Source: Candidatus Omnitrophota bacterium
GTDB lineage: Bacteria > Omnitrophota > Gorgyraeia > Gorgyraeales > Gorgyraeaceae
Assembly: GCA_043814965.1 (NCBI GenBank)
Contig: JBDRJN010000003.1
Location: 68,564-132,563, forward strand
Direction of reading: 5' to 3'
DNA length: 64,000 nucleotides
The position numbers and the translations under genes are program-made. The notes under the pieces are model-generated. The model saw only the letters and a program-made list of their open reading frames with translations, was not told where the DNA came from and did not search any database. Below, piece by piece: positions 9,067 through 19,829 of this stretch (position 1 is its first letter; each line of letters starts with the position of its first letter).

Positions 9067-9507
9067 TTACCCCCTTTCACTTTCTTCTATTGGAAGTTTT
9101 CTTAAAAAATAAAGCGCTATCAATACTATTATCGTGCATATAATGCCAGCTGAATAAAAACCGCAGCCCACTGCTAACCCTATACCAGAGATAGTCCAGA
9201 GGCTAGCTGCTGTTGTAAGCCCTGTCACAGACGATGATGAACGTATAATAGTCCCTGCCCCTAAAAAACCGATGCCCGTTATTACGCTTGCGGCTATCCT
9301 GGAGGGATCAACAGTCGCCAGGCCCTTATAACTCTCGAACATATGAATAGATGTAAGCATTATAAGAGCTGAGCCGACACAGACAAGTATATGCGTCCTG
9401 AAACCAGCTATTTTTCTATTGTGTTTTTCCCTCTCAAACCCGACAAAACCACCCAATACAGCAGCTATAATCAGTCTGATCAATACCTGTAACGTATTAG
9501 TATCCAT
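9067..9507 (-). CDS. mgtC: MgtC/SapB family membrane protein (TM domain only)
   Basis: GFERE..AGFRTHILV, DPSRIAASVITGIGFLGAG, GLTTAASLW. Start moved to ATG 9507 after AAAGGAG. Confidence 0.9.
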   Translation of the reverse strand: MDTNTLQVLIRLIIAAVLGGFVGFEREKHNRKIAGFRTHILVCVGSALIMLTSIHMFESYKGLATVDPSRIAASVITGIGFLGAGTIIRSSSSVTGLTTAASLWTISGIGLAVGCGFYSAGIICTIIVLIALYFLRKLPIEESERG

Positions 9508-9515
9508 ATCTCCTT

Positions 9516-10511
9516 TCAAATATTGGCGGTTATATCCAGGGGGCTTCTCTTGCCTTTCCTGTATAGATGATACGCTAGTCCTGCTATCATAGCTCCATTA
9601 TCAGAACATAGCTTAAGTGGAGGAAAGTATGCCTTAAAGCCTTTTCGAAAAAACTCCTGTTTTATTAATTCCCTAAAACGGCTGTTAGCGCTTACCCCGC
9701 CTCCAATAACGAATTTCTTGATCTTATATTCCTCCAGCGCCTTTATGGAGTTCTTCACGATCACCTGTAAAACAGATTCCTGAAAACTTGCTGCAATATC
9801 CTCTATTCTTACCTTTTTCCCCGGAACCCGTATCCCGGAACCCGTATCCCGAACATAATAAAGCACGGCTGTCTTGATCCCGCTGAAACTAAAATTAAAA
9901 GTATCCTTTACAGCTCTACATGTAAACTTTATTGCTTTGGGGTTCCCTTTTTTTGCGAGCCTGTCTATTATGGGCCCTCCCGGGTATTCAAGCCCTAATA
10001 TCTTTGCAACTTTATCGTATGCCTCTCCTACCGCGTCATCCAGGGTGTCGCCAATAATCTCATGTTCATCATGATCTCTAAAAAGGCTCAATCTTGTATG
10101 ACCTCCCGATATTGTAAGTCCTATAAAAGGAAATCCTGCATCTTCCTCCATCATTGCCGAATATATATGCCCGGCTAAATGATCAACTCCCAATAGAGGT
10201 ATGCCCCTACTATAAGATAACGCCTTTGCAAAAGATATGCCGCAGAGTAAAGCGCCTACCAGTCCAGGCCCCTGCGTCACTGCCACCAGATCCACATCTT
10301 TTATATCTATATGAGCGTCTTTCAAAGAGCGGTCTACAACTTTGTCTATGTTTTCAACATGGTGCCTTGTCGCTATCTCAGGAATAACCCCGCCAAATTT
10401 CTTATGATACCTGAGGCTGGATGAGACCACGCTGGACAAGACCTGCCGGCCGTCTTTTACTATACTAGCTGCTGTCTCATCACAAGATGTCTCTATGCCA
10501 AGTATTAACAT
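9516..10511 (-). CDS. tsaD: tRNA N6-adenosine threonylcarbamoyltransferase
   Basis: ILGIETSCDET, HLAGH, SGGHT, GEAYDK, YPGGP, DNGAMIA. Confidence 0.97.
   Translation of the reverse strand: MLILGIETSCDETAASIVKDGRQVLSSVVSSSLRYHKKFGGVIPEIATRHHVENIDKVVDRSLKDAHIDIKDVDLVAVTQGPGLVGALLCGISFAKALSYSRGIPLLGVDHLAGHIYSAMMEEDAGFPFIGLTISGGHTRLSLFRDHDEHEIIGDTLDDAVGEAYDKVAKILGLEYPGGPIIDRLAKKGNPKAIKFTCRAVKDTFNFSFSGIKTAVLYYVRDTGSGIRVPGKKVRIEDIAASFQESVLQVIVKNSIKALEEYKIKKFVIGGGVSANSRFRELIKQEFFRKGFKAYFPPLKLCSDNGAMIAGLAYHLYRKGKRSPLDITANI
9820..9854. repeat. Heptamer tandem array inside tsaD
   Basis: cccggaa cccgtat cccggaa cccgtat cccgaac, translated as VRDTGSGIRVPG. Confidence 0.85.
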
Positions 10512-10532
10512 TTTTATCCGAGTGACCCTCTT

Positions 10533-10560
10533 TAAAAATTAAATATTAAAATGTAAAATC
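10533..10560. repeat. Single arm of the AT-rich 7-periodic repeat
   Basis: taaaaat taaatat taaaatg taaaatc, similar to the arms at 13390, 25385 and 28223. Confidence 0.55.
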
Positions 10561-10601
10561 ATAAAGCCTGTTTTTGAAAAGGCTATTTTGTCGTTCACGC
10601 T

Positions 10602-11873
10602 TTATTTATTGCTATATATCAATATGCCTTTTAACACATCCGCTGCTCTTGTGATCTGGTTATCGTATTCTTTTTTCTTGGCTTCTTTATCTTTATCATC
10701 TTTTTCTTCTTCTTTTACCTCTTTTTTATCATCCGCAAGTTTATCGAATATATCGTCTTTTTGCTCGTCCTCGTCTTTTTGTTTTATTGGTTCCTCATAT
10801 TCTATTACTATATCCGGCATAATGCCTTCTCCATGTATAGATTTACCGCTTGGCGTAAAATACTTACTCGTCGTTAGCCTTACAGCTGACCCGTCGGATA
10901 AAGGTACCACTGTTTGCACAGACCCTTTTCCAAAGCTCTTTGTCCCGATTATAATACCTCTCTTATGATCCTGTATCGCGCCCGCGACTATCTCTGACGC
11001 AGAAGCACTGCCTCCATTCACAAGGACTACCATTGGGTACAAAAGATGCTTGCTTTTATTATTTGATTTGTATATATAGTTCTGGTTCACTATCCTACCC
11101 TTGGTCGATACTATGATATTGTCTTTCTCTATAAACTTCTCAACGGTTTCTATGGCTGAATCCAAAAGCCCTCCTGGATTATTCCTCAGGTCCAATATAA
11201 GGCCTTTTAAACCTTCTTTTTCTAGCTGCAAGAGGCTTTTTTCAAGGTCTCTTTGCGTCTTCTCCTGGAATTCCACAAGCCTTATATATCCTATACCAGG
11301 CTCTATGAATTCTGCTTTTTTGATGCTCTCGAGCTTTATAATAGACCTTGTGATCGTAAAATCCAGAAGCTTTTTCTCTGATTCTCTTAATACAGTTATC
11401 TTGACATCTGTACCAGGTTTCCCGCGTAATTTTTTAACAGCCTCCATAAGCGTGATCTCTCTGGTAAGTTCGCCGTTGATCTTTACTATTTTATCTCCTG
11501 CTTTAAGCCCTACATTATATGCTGGGGTATCATCTATGGGAGTTATGATAGTAAGGAGGTCGTCCTTGAGGGTGATCTCTATCCCTATACCGCCAAATTC
11601 CCCCTCTGTCTCTATCTTCATCTCATTATACATATCAGGGTCCATAAATTGACTGTATGGGTCTAAAGACGAGAGCATGCCTTTCAAGGCTCCGTAAATA
11701 AGGTCCTTGGCTTTTGGCTCTTCTACATAATTTAACCGTATAAGGCTCAACGCATCCGAAAATAGCTCTATTTCCTTATAAAGAGCGTCTTTTTCAGCAA
11801 AACCGCAGTTAAATACCAGGGACCCCGCTAAAAAAACAAAAACTACAACTGCTATGATCTTTCGCTTACCCAT
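10602..11873 (-). CDS. ctpA: Carboxy-terminal processing protease, S41 family
   Basis: LDPYS, PDZ (GIGIEI), DLRNNPGG, SASASEIVAG, GKGSVQ. Confidence 0.95.
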   Translation of the reverse strand: MGKRKIIAVVVFVFLAGSLVFNCGFAEKDALYKEIELFSDALSLIRLNYVEEPKAKDLIYGALKGMLSSLDPYSQFMDPDMYNEMKIETEGEFGGIGIEITLKDDLLTIITPIDDTPAYNVGLKAGDKIVKINGELTREITLMEAVKKLRGKPGTDVKITVLRESEKKLLDFTITRSIIKLESIKKAEFIEPGIGYIRLVEFQEKTQRDLEKSLLQLEKEGLKGLILDLRNNPGGLLDSAIETVEKFIEKDNIIVSTKGRIVNQNYIYKSNNKSKHLLYPMVVLVNGGSASASEIVAGAIQDHKRGIIIGTKSFGKGSVQTVVPLSDGSAVRLTTSKYFTPSGKSIHGEGIMPDIVIEYEEPIKQKDEDEQKDDIFDKLADDKKEVKEEEKDDKDKEAKKKEYDNQITRAADVLKGILIYSNK

Positions 11874-11951
11874 ACATCTCCTCTCATCTCTTTAAAAAGT
11901 GTAATATTTTCCAGCCCCGAGTTTTATTCACACCTAATATCTCTAATGCGC

Positions 11952-13379
11952 CTACCCAGCGCATTTTTTTCTCAGGATATCGTTTACCATCTTCGGATTG
12001 GCTCGTCCCTTTGTCCTGGCCATGACCTTTCCTACTAAAAACATTATCGCATTATCTTTACCGTTCTTAAAATCATTTACGGACTTCGGATTTTCTAAAA
12101 TGACCTTATCTATTTCGGATTCTACCTGAGAAGTATCCTCGATCTGTTCTAGATTTTTTTCTTTTACCAATACCTTAGCGTCCTTGCCTGTCTTGATCAT
12201 GTCTATAAAAAGGCTCTTTCCTATCTTACCCGTTATCTTACCGCTGGCTATCATATCAATCATACCTGTTAGTTGTCCTGCTTTCAAGGGCAAAGTGTGC
12301 ATAGTGATACTATTTTCCTTCATGTATGCCAGGATATCCCCCATGAGCCAATTTGCGATCTCTTTTGGTTTATCTAAAAGCTTTACGCATTCCTCAAAAT
12401 AATCAGCGAATTTTTTTTCGCTTACCATTATACCGGCATCGTATTCTGATAACTTATAGTTATCTATAAATCTCTTTTTTCTAGGCTCTGGGAGCTCAGG
12501 GATGCTATCGTTTATTTCCTTCAAAAGCTCTTTATCGAAATCGAACGGTACAAGGTCAGGCTCAGGAAAATACCTATAGTCATGGGCTTCTTCTTTAGAC
12601 CTCATGCTATAGGTAATGCCCTTATCAGCATTATAAAGCCTTGTCTCCTGCACTACTCTTCCTCCTCTTTCCAATACATCGATCTGCCTGCCCATTTCGT
12701 ATTCCAAGGCATCCCTTACAGCTTTGAAAGAGTTCATGTTCTTTATCTCCGCTTTTGTGCCAAATTCTTTAGAGCCTATCTTCATTACTGATATATTGGC
12801 ATCACATCTCAAGCTCCCCTCTTCCATGTTGCAGTCAGATATCTCGATATATTCCAATATTGCCTTTAGGTTGGTCAGATAGCTATATGCCTCTTCAGGT
12901 GAGCGCATATCAGGTTCGCTTACGATCTCCAGAAGCGGCGTACCTGAACGGTTAAAATCTACAAGACTGTGCTCTTCCTCATGAAAAAGCTTACCAGTGT
13001 CTTCTTCCAGGTGAGCCCTGGTAATAGAGATCTTTTTTTCTCGGCCATCGACTTGTATATTCAAGGATCCTTTGTATGAGAGCGGCTGAGAATATTGCGA
13101 TATCTGATAGGCCTTTGGTATATCCGGATAAAAATAATTTTTTCTATCAAACCTTATTATGTTCGCGATCTGGCAATTGAGGGACAGCGCTGCTTTTGCA
13201 GCCAGCTTTAAAGCTTCTCTATTCAATACAGGAAGGCTCCCGGGAAAACCAAGGCATACGGGGCAAGTCTGTGTATTCGGGGAAGCCCCAAAATCAGTGG
13301 AGCACCCGCAAAAGACCTTGCTCTTTGTTTTTAGCTGTACATGCACTTCTAATCCGATCACTGTCTCATATTTCATCAA
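11952..13379 (-). CDS. gatB: Asp/Glu-tRNA amidotransferase subunit B
   Basis: IGLEVHVQL, RKNYFYPD, YRYFPEPDL. Confidence 0.98.
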   Translation of the reverse strand: MMKYETVIGLEVHVQLKTKSKVFCGCSTDFGASPNTQTCPVCLGFPGSLPVLNREALKLAAKAALSLNCQIANIIRFDRKNYFYPDIPKAYQISQYSQPLSYKGSLNIQVDGREKKISITRAHLEEDTGKLFHEEEHSLVDFNRSGTPLLEIVSEPDMRSPEEAYSYLTNLKAILEYIEISDCNMEEGSLRCDANISVMKIGSKEFGTKAEIKNMNSFKAVRDALEYEMGRQIDVLERGGRVVQETRLYNADKGITYSMRSKEEAHDYRYFPEPDLVPFDFDKELLKEINDSIPELPEPRKKRFIDNYKLSEYDAGIMVSEKKFADYFEECVKLLDKPKEIANWLMGDILAYMKENSITMHTLPLKAGQLTGMIDMIASGKITGKIGKSLFIDMIKTGKDAKVLVKEKNLEQIEDTSQVESEIDKVILENPKSVNDFKNGKDNAIMFLVGKVMARTKGRANPKMVNDILRKKCAG

Positions 13380-13389
13380 TAACCCTCTT

Positions 13390-13513
13390 AAAAAAATAAA
13401 ATATTAAAAATTAAATATCAAAATTACAGACTAAAATCTAAATATTTTTATTAGTATGCTTTTTATTTTTAAACTTTGATATGTCATTTTTATTTTTACA
13501 CTTTAATTTTTAA
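13390..13513. repeat. AT-rich 7-periodic imperfect inverted repeat between gatA and gatB
   Basis: A-rich left arm (taaaaattaaatatcaaaattacagactaaaatctaaa) and T-rich right arm (ttttaaactttgatatgtcatttttatttttacactttaatttt). Confidence 0.75.
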
Positions 13514-13523
13514 TATTACAACA

Positions 13524-14981
13524 CTATATGCTGTCCAATGCTGGCTTCCTCTTATGCCATTCTGTATTTTGCTCGTAATTATAAGCAACCTTAAGTATTG
13601 TCTCTTCATCAAAAGGCCTTCCCAATACCTGCAGTCCTATTGGTAGGCCATACTTTGTAAACCCGCAAGGCACAGAAATGCCGGGTATCCCTGAAAGATT
13701 TGCGGAGATCGTAAATATATCCGAAAGATACATGGTGAGCGGGTCCGATATCTTTTCACCTATCTTAAAAGCTGGTGTAGGAGATGTAGGTGTCACAATG
13801 CAATCGTATTTTTTAAAGGCATTTTTAAAATCTTCCGCTATCAATGTCCTTACCTTTAGCGCCCGTAGATAATATGCATCATAATAACCGCTTGAAAGCG
13901 CGAATGTCCCAAGCATGATCCTGCGTTTTGCCTCGTCTCCAAATCCAAGCCCCCTGGTCTTTTTATATATATCCATAAGAGAAGCTGCATTACTGGCCCT
14001 GAAACCATACTGTACTCCATCAAACCTTGCCAGGTTAGAGCTCGCTTCAGCTGTAGCTACCAGATAATACACGCTTACAGCATACTCAGTGTTAGGCAAG
14101 CTCATGTCTTCACATATAGCGCCTAGTCCTTCAAGTTTTTTTATTGCCTTCCTAAGGGCATCCTTCACTTCCCCATCCATTCCATCTATAAAGTACTCCT
14201 TTGGTATACCTATCTTTAATCCTTTTATACCCTTTTTTATAGATACCTGAAAGTCAGGGACTTCTTTATCAGCAGAAGTAGAATCCATTACATCATGTCC
14301 TGAGATGACATTCAAAAGAAGCGCCGCGTCTTCCACGTCTTTCGTAAGTGTCCCTATCTGGTCAAGGCTTGAGGCAAATGCTATAAGGCCGTATCTTGAC
14401 ACTCTTCCATATGTAGGCTTCATCCCCACCACTCCGCATAAAGACGCTGGCTGCCTTACAGAGCCTCCTGTATCAGAACCTAATGCAAATATTGCTTCGT
14501 CCGCGGCAACTGCGCTAGCTGAACCTCCGCTGGAACCTCCAGGTATCCTCTCCAGGTCCCACGGATTTTTTGTAGGGCCGTAGCAAGAACTTTCCGTGGA
14601 AGAACCAAAGGCAAATTCATCCATATTGGTCTTACCCATCAATACAGCCTTTTTTTCGAGAAGTTTTTCTACTACTGTCGCATTGTACGGAGGCTTAAAC
14701 CCCTCCAGCATCTTTGACGAGCACGTAGTAAGCTCATCCTTTACACAAATATTATCTTTTATAAATACAGGGATCCCCCACAAAAGTCCGCTGTTATCTT
14801 CTATCTTTAACTTGCTGCACCTTGAAAGCGCATTTTCTTCATTGAAATGCGCTAAGGCATTTATATGTTTTTCATTTTGCTTTATGGACGAGATAAGGCT
14901 ATTTACTATATCTAAAGGGGATATGTCTTTCTTCTTTATGAGCTCTATAAGGTTGTGGGCTGTGAGAGTATTTAGTTTCAT
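13524..14981 (-). CDS. gatA: Asp/Glu-tRNA amidotransferase subunit A
   Basis: Amidase signature [20 protein letters not shown]. Confidence 0.98.
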   Translation of the reverse strand: MKLNTLTAHNLIELIKKKDISPLDIVNSLISSIKQNEKHINALAHFNEENALSRCSKLKIEDNSGLLWGIPVFIKDNICVKDELTTCSSKMLEGFKPPYNATVVEKLLEKKAVLMGKTNMDEFAFGSSTESSCYGPTKNPWDLERIPGGSSGGSASAVAADEAIFALGSDTGGSVRQPASLCGVVGMKPTYGRVSRYGLIAFASSLDQIGTLTKDVEDAALLLNVISGHDVMDSTSADKEVPDFQVSIKKGIKGLKIGIPKEYFIDGMDGEVKDALRKAIKKLEGLGAICEDMSLPNTEYAVSVYYLVATAEASSNLARFDGVQYGFRASNAASLMDIYKKTRGLGFGDEAKRRIMLGTFALSSGYYDAYYLRALKVRTLIAEDFKNAFKKYDCIVTPTSPTPAFKIGEKISDPLTMYLSDIFTISANLSGIPGISVPCGFTKYGLPIGLQVLGRPFDEETILKVAYNYEQNTEWHKRKPALDSI

Positions 14982-15271
14982 TGCGCGTCTATTATCTTAT
15001 TTACTTTAAAAAGGCCCTTTTCCTCGGAGGAAGCATTCTTCATGACCTCTTTTATATCCAAAGATTTTTTTACAACATCATCCCTATAGATGTTTTTCAT
15101 CTTCAACGCATGGCTGGTAGGTTCCAGATTGGAAATATCCACTTTTTTAAGTTGATGGATGTACTCTAATATGCGGTCCAACTGGATAGTAAAGCCCTCT
15201 ATCTCTTTTTCGTTGAGCCCTACTCTTGAAAGATCTGATATGTATTTTACCGTGTCTTTATTTATAGCCAT
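14978..15271 (-). CDS. gatC: Asp/Glu-tRNA amidotransferase subunit C
   Basis: [24 protein letters not shown], directly upstream of gatA. Confidence 0.92.
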   Translation of the reverse strand: MAINKDTVKYISDLSRVGLNEKEIEGFTIQLDRILEYIHQLKKVDISNLEPTSHALKMKNIYRDDVVKKSLDIKEVMKNASSEEKGLFKVNKIIDAQ

Positions 15272-15301
15272 AAAATAAAACTCCTGTTAAAAATAAAACA
15301 G

Positions 15302-16147
15302 CTACATTATACTCTTTTCCATAGAATTTACTATAGCTGTATATTCTTCTAGCGATATCGTCTCCGGCCTTCTTGTTTCCTGTATCCCAGCCAGCTTCAA
15401 CAACTCGAACACTTCTTTCTTTGTACCAAAATCATCGGATGAACACAAGGAGTTTAGAATGGTCTTTCTCCTTTTTTCAAAGCATGTCTTTATTATTTTA
15501 AACAGTTTTTCTTCATCCGTCAAGTAAAGAGGCTCGATCCTCATTTTAAATTCCATAAAAGACGAATCCACTTTAGGCGTAGGATAAAAAGAACCTTTCT
15601 TTATATTAAAGACTATCTTTGCGTCGCTATAAAACCGTACAAAGCAGCTTATGGAACCATAGTCTTTTCCGCCAGGCCCGGCAACAAGCCTCTCAGCGAC
15701 TTCCCTCTGTACAGTGACAAACATCGACTCTACCAGCCTGTGGCCATCTAAAAACCTGGTGATCAAAGGACTTGTTATGTAATACGGAAGATTGCCTACA
15801 ACTATTATTTTCTTACCAATATCATCAAGGCTGTATTTTAATATATCACCATTGATAAGGTCTATGTTCTTCTCCTTAAAACTATCTTTGAGGAACTTAT
15901 ATAGCAGCTTGTCTTTTTCAACTGCGATAACCCTTTTTGCGATACCACATAATGCCCCTGTAATAGCGCCCAATCCAGGGCCGATCTCCAGGATAGTATC
16001 AGGCCTTGACCGGCTAATATAGCTGATCATCTTTTCTTGTATGTTCCTATCTATCAGAAAATTCTGTCCCAGCCTCTTATTTGGATAGGCCCCGAGCTTT
16101 TCCAGGGCATTCTTTGTCTCTTTTATACTTAACATATCATAGATCAT
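15302..16147 (-). CDS. rsmA: 16S rRNA dimethyladenosine transferase
   Basis: LGQNFL, LEIGPGLG, GNLPYYIT, PKVDS. Confidence 0.96.
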   Translation of the reverse strand: MIYDMLSIKETKNALEKLGAYPNKRLGQNFLIDRNIQEKMISYISRSRPDTILEIGPGLGAITGALCGIAKRVIAVEKDKLLYKFLKDSFKEKNIDLINGDILKYSLDDIGKKIIVVGNLPYYITSPLITRFLDGHRLVESMFVTVQREVAERLVAGPGGKDYGSISCFVRFYSDAKIVFNIKKGSFYPTPKVDSSFMEFKMRIEPLYLTDEEKLFKIIKTCFEKRRKTILNSLCSSDDFGTKKEVFELLKLAGIQETRRPETISLEEYTAIVNSMEKSIM

Positions 16148-16974
16148 TTACTCAAGAAAGAAGCAAGCCTTATTGCTTCTTTCATCGAGCCGGGATCAGC
16201 CATCCCTTTTCCAGCTATATCATAGGCTGTCCCATGATCAGGGGAAGTCCTGACAAAAGGAAGCCCCAGGGTCACATTGACGCCTCTTTCAAACGCCAGC
16301 ATCTTAAAAGGCGCCAGGGCCTGGTCATGATACATAGATATAACTGCGTCTAGTTTTTTTCTATAGGCCATATTAAAGATAATGTCTCCAGGGATAGGGC
16401 CTGCGATAAGCGGGATCTTTTTTCTTAGGCTTTTTATTACAGGGGATATAACAGTCCTTTCTTCATCACCTATCACACCACCTTCTCCGCAATGCGGGTT
16501 CAGGCCAGAGACCCCGATCCTGGGTTTCCGTATCTTGAATCTTTCTTTTAGGACACTATTCGTCAATAATATAGCCTCTTTAAGATCGTCTTTTTTTATA
16601 GAAGACGGGACCTGCTTTAGAGGGACGTGTCTCGTCACAAGAGTAACTTTTAACTCCTTAGAATAGAACATCATCGCGTATTTTCTTGTTTTGGTCAGCG
16701 CTGCGATGTATTCTGTATGGCCTGTAAAAGGAATTCCAGCTTTATTGACCTTTGTTTTATTAAGAGGGGCTGTTACCAGGGCATCTGCTTTTTTTTGTTT
16801 AAGGATAGCTACGGCTTTCCTAACAGCATCTAAGCCTATACCGTCTTCCGGGGTAATCACTATAAAATCAGCTATGGATCTTACTTTCGGATCCCTTAGG
16901 GCTTTTTTTGTTATCTCTTCACCAATGCCTTGAGGGTCTCCTGTTGTGATGACAATAACCGGTTTTTTTGTCAT
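16144..16974 (-). CDS. pdxA: 4-hydroxythreonine-4-phosphate dehydrogenase PdxA
   Basis: GDPQGIGEE, GHTE, NPHCGE, MYHDQ, RTSPDHGTA. Start moved to ATG 16974 (ATGA overlap with surA). Confidence 0.93.
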   Translation of the reverse strand: MTKKPVIVITTGDPQGIGEEITKKALRDPKVRSIADFIVITPEDGIGLDAVRKAVAILKQKKADALVTAPLNKTKVNKAGIPFTGHTEYIAALTKTRKYAMMFYSKELKVTLVTRHVPLKQVPSSIKKDDLKEAILLTNSVLKERFKIRKPRIGVSGLNPHCGEGGVIGDEERTVISPVIKSLRKKIPLIAGPIPGDIIFNMAYRKKLDAVISMYHDQALAPFKMLAFERGVNVTLGLPFVRTSPDHGTAYDIAGKGMADPGSMKEAIRLASFLSK

Positions 16975-17924
16975 TTTATAGAGATATAGGCTTGTGAGCG
17001 TAAACCAGAAAGCCATCTATCTACTTTTTCTTTTAATTTTTGCTGGTAAAGCATCATCTTGATATCTTCCTGCGCCTCTTCCAGGGACATATAACCGCTG
17101 TGTTGTATATCGTCTACTTTTACTATATGGTAACCTACGCTGGTCTTTATGGGATTGGAAAATTCTCCATTCTTAAGAGAAAAGATCTCTCTATCAAGCT
17201 CTTCTATCATCTCACCCTTGGAGGCATAGCCCATATCCCCGCCGTCTTCCTTGTTTGGCCCTTCGGAATGTATCCTTGCTAGTGTTTTAAAATCTTGCCC
17301 GGCTACAAGTTTATTGTACACATCCTGTATCTCAACTTTTGCAAGCTCAAAGTCAACCTCGCTTTGCGCCTTTATCAGGATATGGCTGACCCTGTATTTT
17401 TCCTGGCGCTTAAATTGCTCTCTATTTTTCTCATAATACTCGCTTATCTCTGAAGGCAGGATATCGGTCTTTGATTTTATCTCGTAATTGACGACCTTTT
17501 TCATCATTATCTGGTCTCTATATCTGATCTTCAGGTCTCCCACGGTAATACCCTGGGCCTCCAGCGTGTTATTAAAAAAACTATCCGTAGGAAACCCATT
17601 CCTTATCTCCTGCAATCTTTCTTCTACTTCCTTATCAGCCACTTGTATCCCAAGTTCTTTTGCCCTGGAGAGTATAAGTTTGTCCTCTATCATCTGATTC
17701 AAAAGATCCCTCTTGACCTCTTCCATCTTTTTCAATAGCTCATCGCCCTTATAAGCCTGCACATACTGAGCGTACAAAACCCCCAACAACTGGTCCATGT
17801 CCTGTTGCGTGATGACCTCGTCATTTACTATGGCGACTATCTTATTGAATACCTGCGCAGGCAGGTCTATTGCAATGCCAAGGATAATAGCAGCTGCTAA
17901 GAATAATAAAATATTTTTTCTCAT
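16971..17924 (-). CDS. surA: SurA-like chaperone/parvulin PPIase
   Basis: Signal peptide, IVAIVNDEVIT, SHILI, GGDMG, GYHIVKV; surA-pdxA-rsmA synteny. Confidence 0.88.
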   Translation of the reverse strand: MRKNILLFLAAAIILGIAIDLPAQVFNKIVAIVNDEVITQQDMDQLLGVLYAQYVQAYKGDELLKKMEEVKRDLLNQMIEDKLILSRAKELGIQVADKEVEERLQEIRNGFPTDSFFNNTLEAQGITVGDLKIRYRDQIMMKKVVNYEIKSKTDILPSEISEYYEKNREQFKRQEKYRVSHILIKAQSEVDFELAKVEIQDVYNKLVAGQDFKTLARIHSEGPNKEDGGDMGYASKGEMIEELDREIFSLKNGEFSNPIKTSVGYHIVKVDDIQHSGYMSLEEAQEDIKMMLYQQKLKEKVDRWLSGLRSQAYISIK

Positions 17925-17925
17925 A

Positions 17926-19827
17926 TTAATTTATGTCTTTCTGTTTAAGTGTTTTGACAGTCTCTCTTATCATCCTGCAATATAGATCAAAACCTACAGC
18001 TGAGATATATCCATGCTGCTCGGTCCCGAGCAGATTCCCGGCGCCCCTTATCTCAAGGTCCTCCATCGCGATCTTGAACCCAGAGCCAAGGTCTTTATAA
18101 TGTTCTATGGCCCTAAGCCTTCTTTCAGAGTCTTTGCTCATTACCCTATCTTTTGGTATCAAAAAATAGGCATAAGCCTTCTTATCGAATCTTCCGACCC
18201 TTCCTTTTAGTTGATAGAGGTCCGCAAGGCCGAACCTATCAGCCCTGTTGACGATCAAAGTATTAGCGTTAGGTATATCTATACCAGACTCTATTATAAC
18301 CGTACATACCAATACGTCAATAGTTCCTTTCATAAATTCACTCATAACCTTTTCAAGCTCATGAGCCTTCATCCTCCCGTGGGCAATAGCTACCTTGGCC
18401 TTGGGGACCATCCTGGATATGTCTTCGGCTATTTTTTCTATACCCTCGATCCTATTATGAATAAAGAACACTTGGCCGCCTCTATTTTTTTCATAAGATA
18501 TGGCCTTTTTTATAAGGCCGTGATCATGATTTGATATGATTATTTCTATTGGGAGCCTGTTTTGAGGCGGCGTCTCGATGATAGACATATCCTTTATATC
18601 CATCAGCGACATGTACAATGTCCTCGGTATAGGTGTAGCGGTCAATGTCAATACATCCACCAGCATACGCATCTTCTTTAATTTCTCCTTGTCCTTGACG
18701 CCAAACCTTTGTTCCTCATCTATCACTACAAGGCCCAGGTCCTTAAATCTTATATCGTTCCTCAATATAGCATGCGTGCCTATGACTATATCGACACTGC
18801 CTTTTTCTATATCCTCCAGTATCCTGGACACTTCTGTCCTGGTCCTGAAACGACAGACCAGCTCGACCCTGACAGGAAATGCCTTCATCCTGTCTTTAAA
18901 AGTAATGAAATGCTGCTCTGCGAGTATCGTGGTGGGCACAAGCATTGCTACCTGTTTATTATCCATGACTGCCTTAAATATCGCCCTTAAAGCTACCTCT
19001 GTCTTGCCGTACCCTACATCTCCGCAGAGAAGCCTATCCATAGGCTTCTTGGATTCCATGTCTTTTTTTGCGTCTATGCATGAACGGACCTGGTCAGGGG
19101 TCTCTTTGTACGGAAATTCTTTTTCAAATTGCGCCTGCCAATCCGTATCTTTTGAAAAACTAAAACCCTCCAGCTTTGCCCTCTTTGCGTTTAGCTCCAA
19201 AAGATCGAACGCAAAAGAATAGACACCTTCCTTGACCTTGTCCTTTGTCCTTTGCCAGAACCTTCCTCCTAACTTGCTGAGCTTTGGAGGCCTTTTCTCA
19301 AAAGCTACATACTTTTGGATAAGGTTCATCTCTTCTATGGGTACGTATAATTTATCCTTGTTCTTATACTCGATGACTATATGATCCTTTTTCTCTCCAT
19401 GAAAATCTATCTCTTCAAAACCTTTAAACACTCCTATACCATGGTCAAGATGCACTATATGATCATTTACTTTTATATCTATAAAAGATTCAAGCGGCGA
19501 CTTGAGGCTTGCTTCAAATTGTTTTATCTTTCTTCTCTTTGGATAAAGGCCTATTTTTGGAAGGATTATCACCATAGCATGCTCTTCCAATGTCTCATTA
19601 GAGAGTATACTGAAGCTCTTTATAGATCCTACTTTTGTACCTAGAAGTTCTACCCTGAGAGGCCCATCAAAGGTAGGCGGGAATATATCTATAATGCCCC
19701 CTCGCATGCTAAAATCCCCTGGCTCGCTTATCCTGCCAGCCCTCTGATACCCATAATCTATAAGGGTCTTGGCAAGTTCATCGTATCTTATATCTTCGTC
19801 TTTGTAGATTTTTATGGATTCAAACAC
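17926..19827 (-). CDS. mfd: Transcription-repair coupling factor, shortened form (633 aa)
   Basis: RGGIIDIF (UvrA-binding D2), HLDHGIG (RID), GDVGYGKT, DEEQRFG, QLKGRVGR, DLEIRGAGNLLG. Confidence 0.92.
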   Translation of the reverse strand: MFESIKIYKDEDIRYDELAKTLIDYGYQRAGRISEPGDFSMRGGIIDIFPPTFDGPLRVELLGTKVGSIKSFSILSNETLEEHAMVIILPKIGLYPKRRKIKQFEASLKSPLESFIDIKVNDHIVHLDHGIGVFKGFEEIDFHGEKKDHIVIEYKNKDKLYVPIEEMNLIQKYVAFEKRPPKLSKLGGRFWQRTKDKVKEGVYSFAFDLLELNAKRAKLEGFSFSKDTDWQAQFEKEFPYKETPDQVRSCIDAKKDMESKKPMDRLLCGDVGYGKTEVALRAIFKAVMDNKQVAMLVPTTILAEQHFITFKDRMKAFPVRVELVCRFRTRTEVSRILEDIEKGSVDIVIGTHAILRNDIRFKDLGLVVIDEEQRFGVKDKEKLKKMRMLVDVLTLTATPIPRTLYMSLMDIKDMSIIETPPQNRLPIEIIISNHDHGLIKKAISYEKNRGGQVFFIHNRIEGIEKIAEDISRMVPKAKVAIAHGRMKAHELEKVMSEFMKGTIDVLVCTVIIESGIDIPNANTLIVNRADRFGLADLYQLKGRVGRFDKKAYAYFLIPKDRVMSKDSERRLRAIEHYKDLGSGFKIAMEDLEIRGAGNLLGTEQHGYISAVGFDLYCRMIRETVKTLKQKDIN

Positions 19828-19829
19828 TT

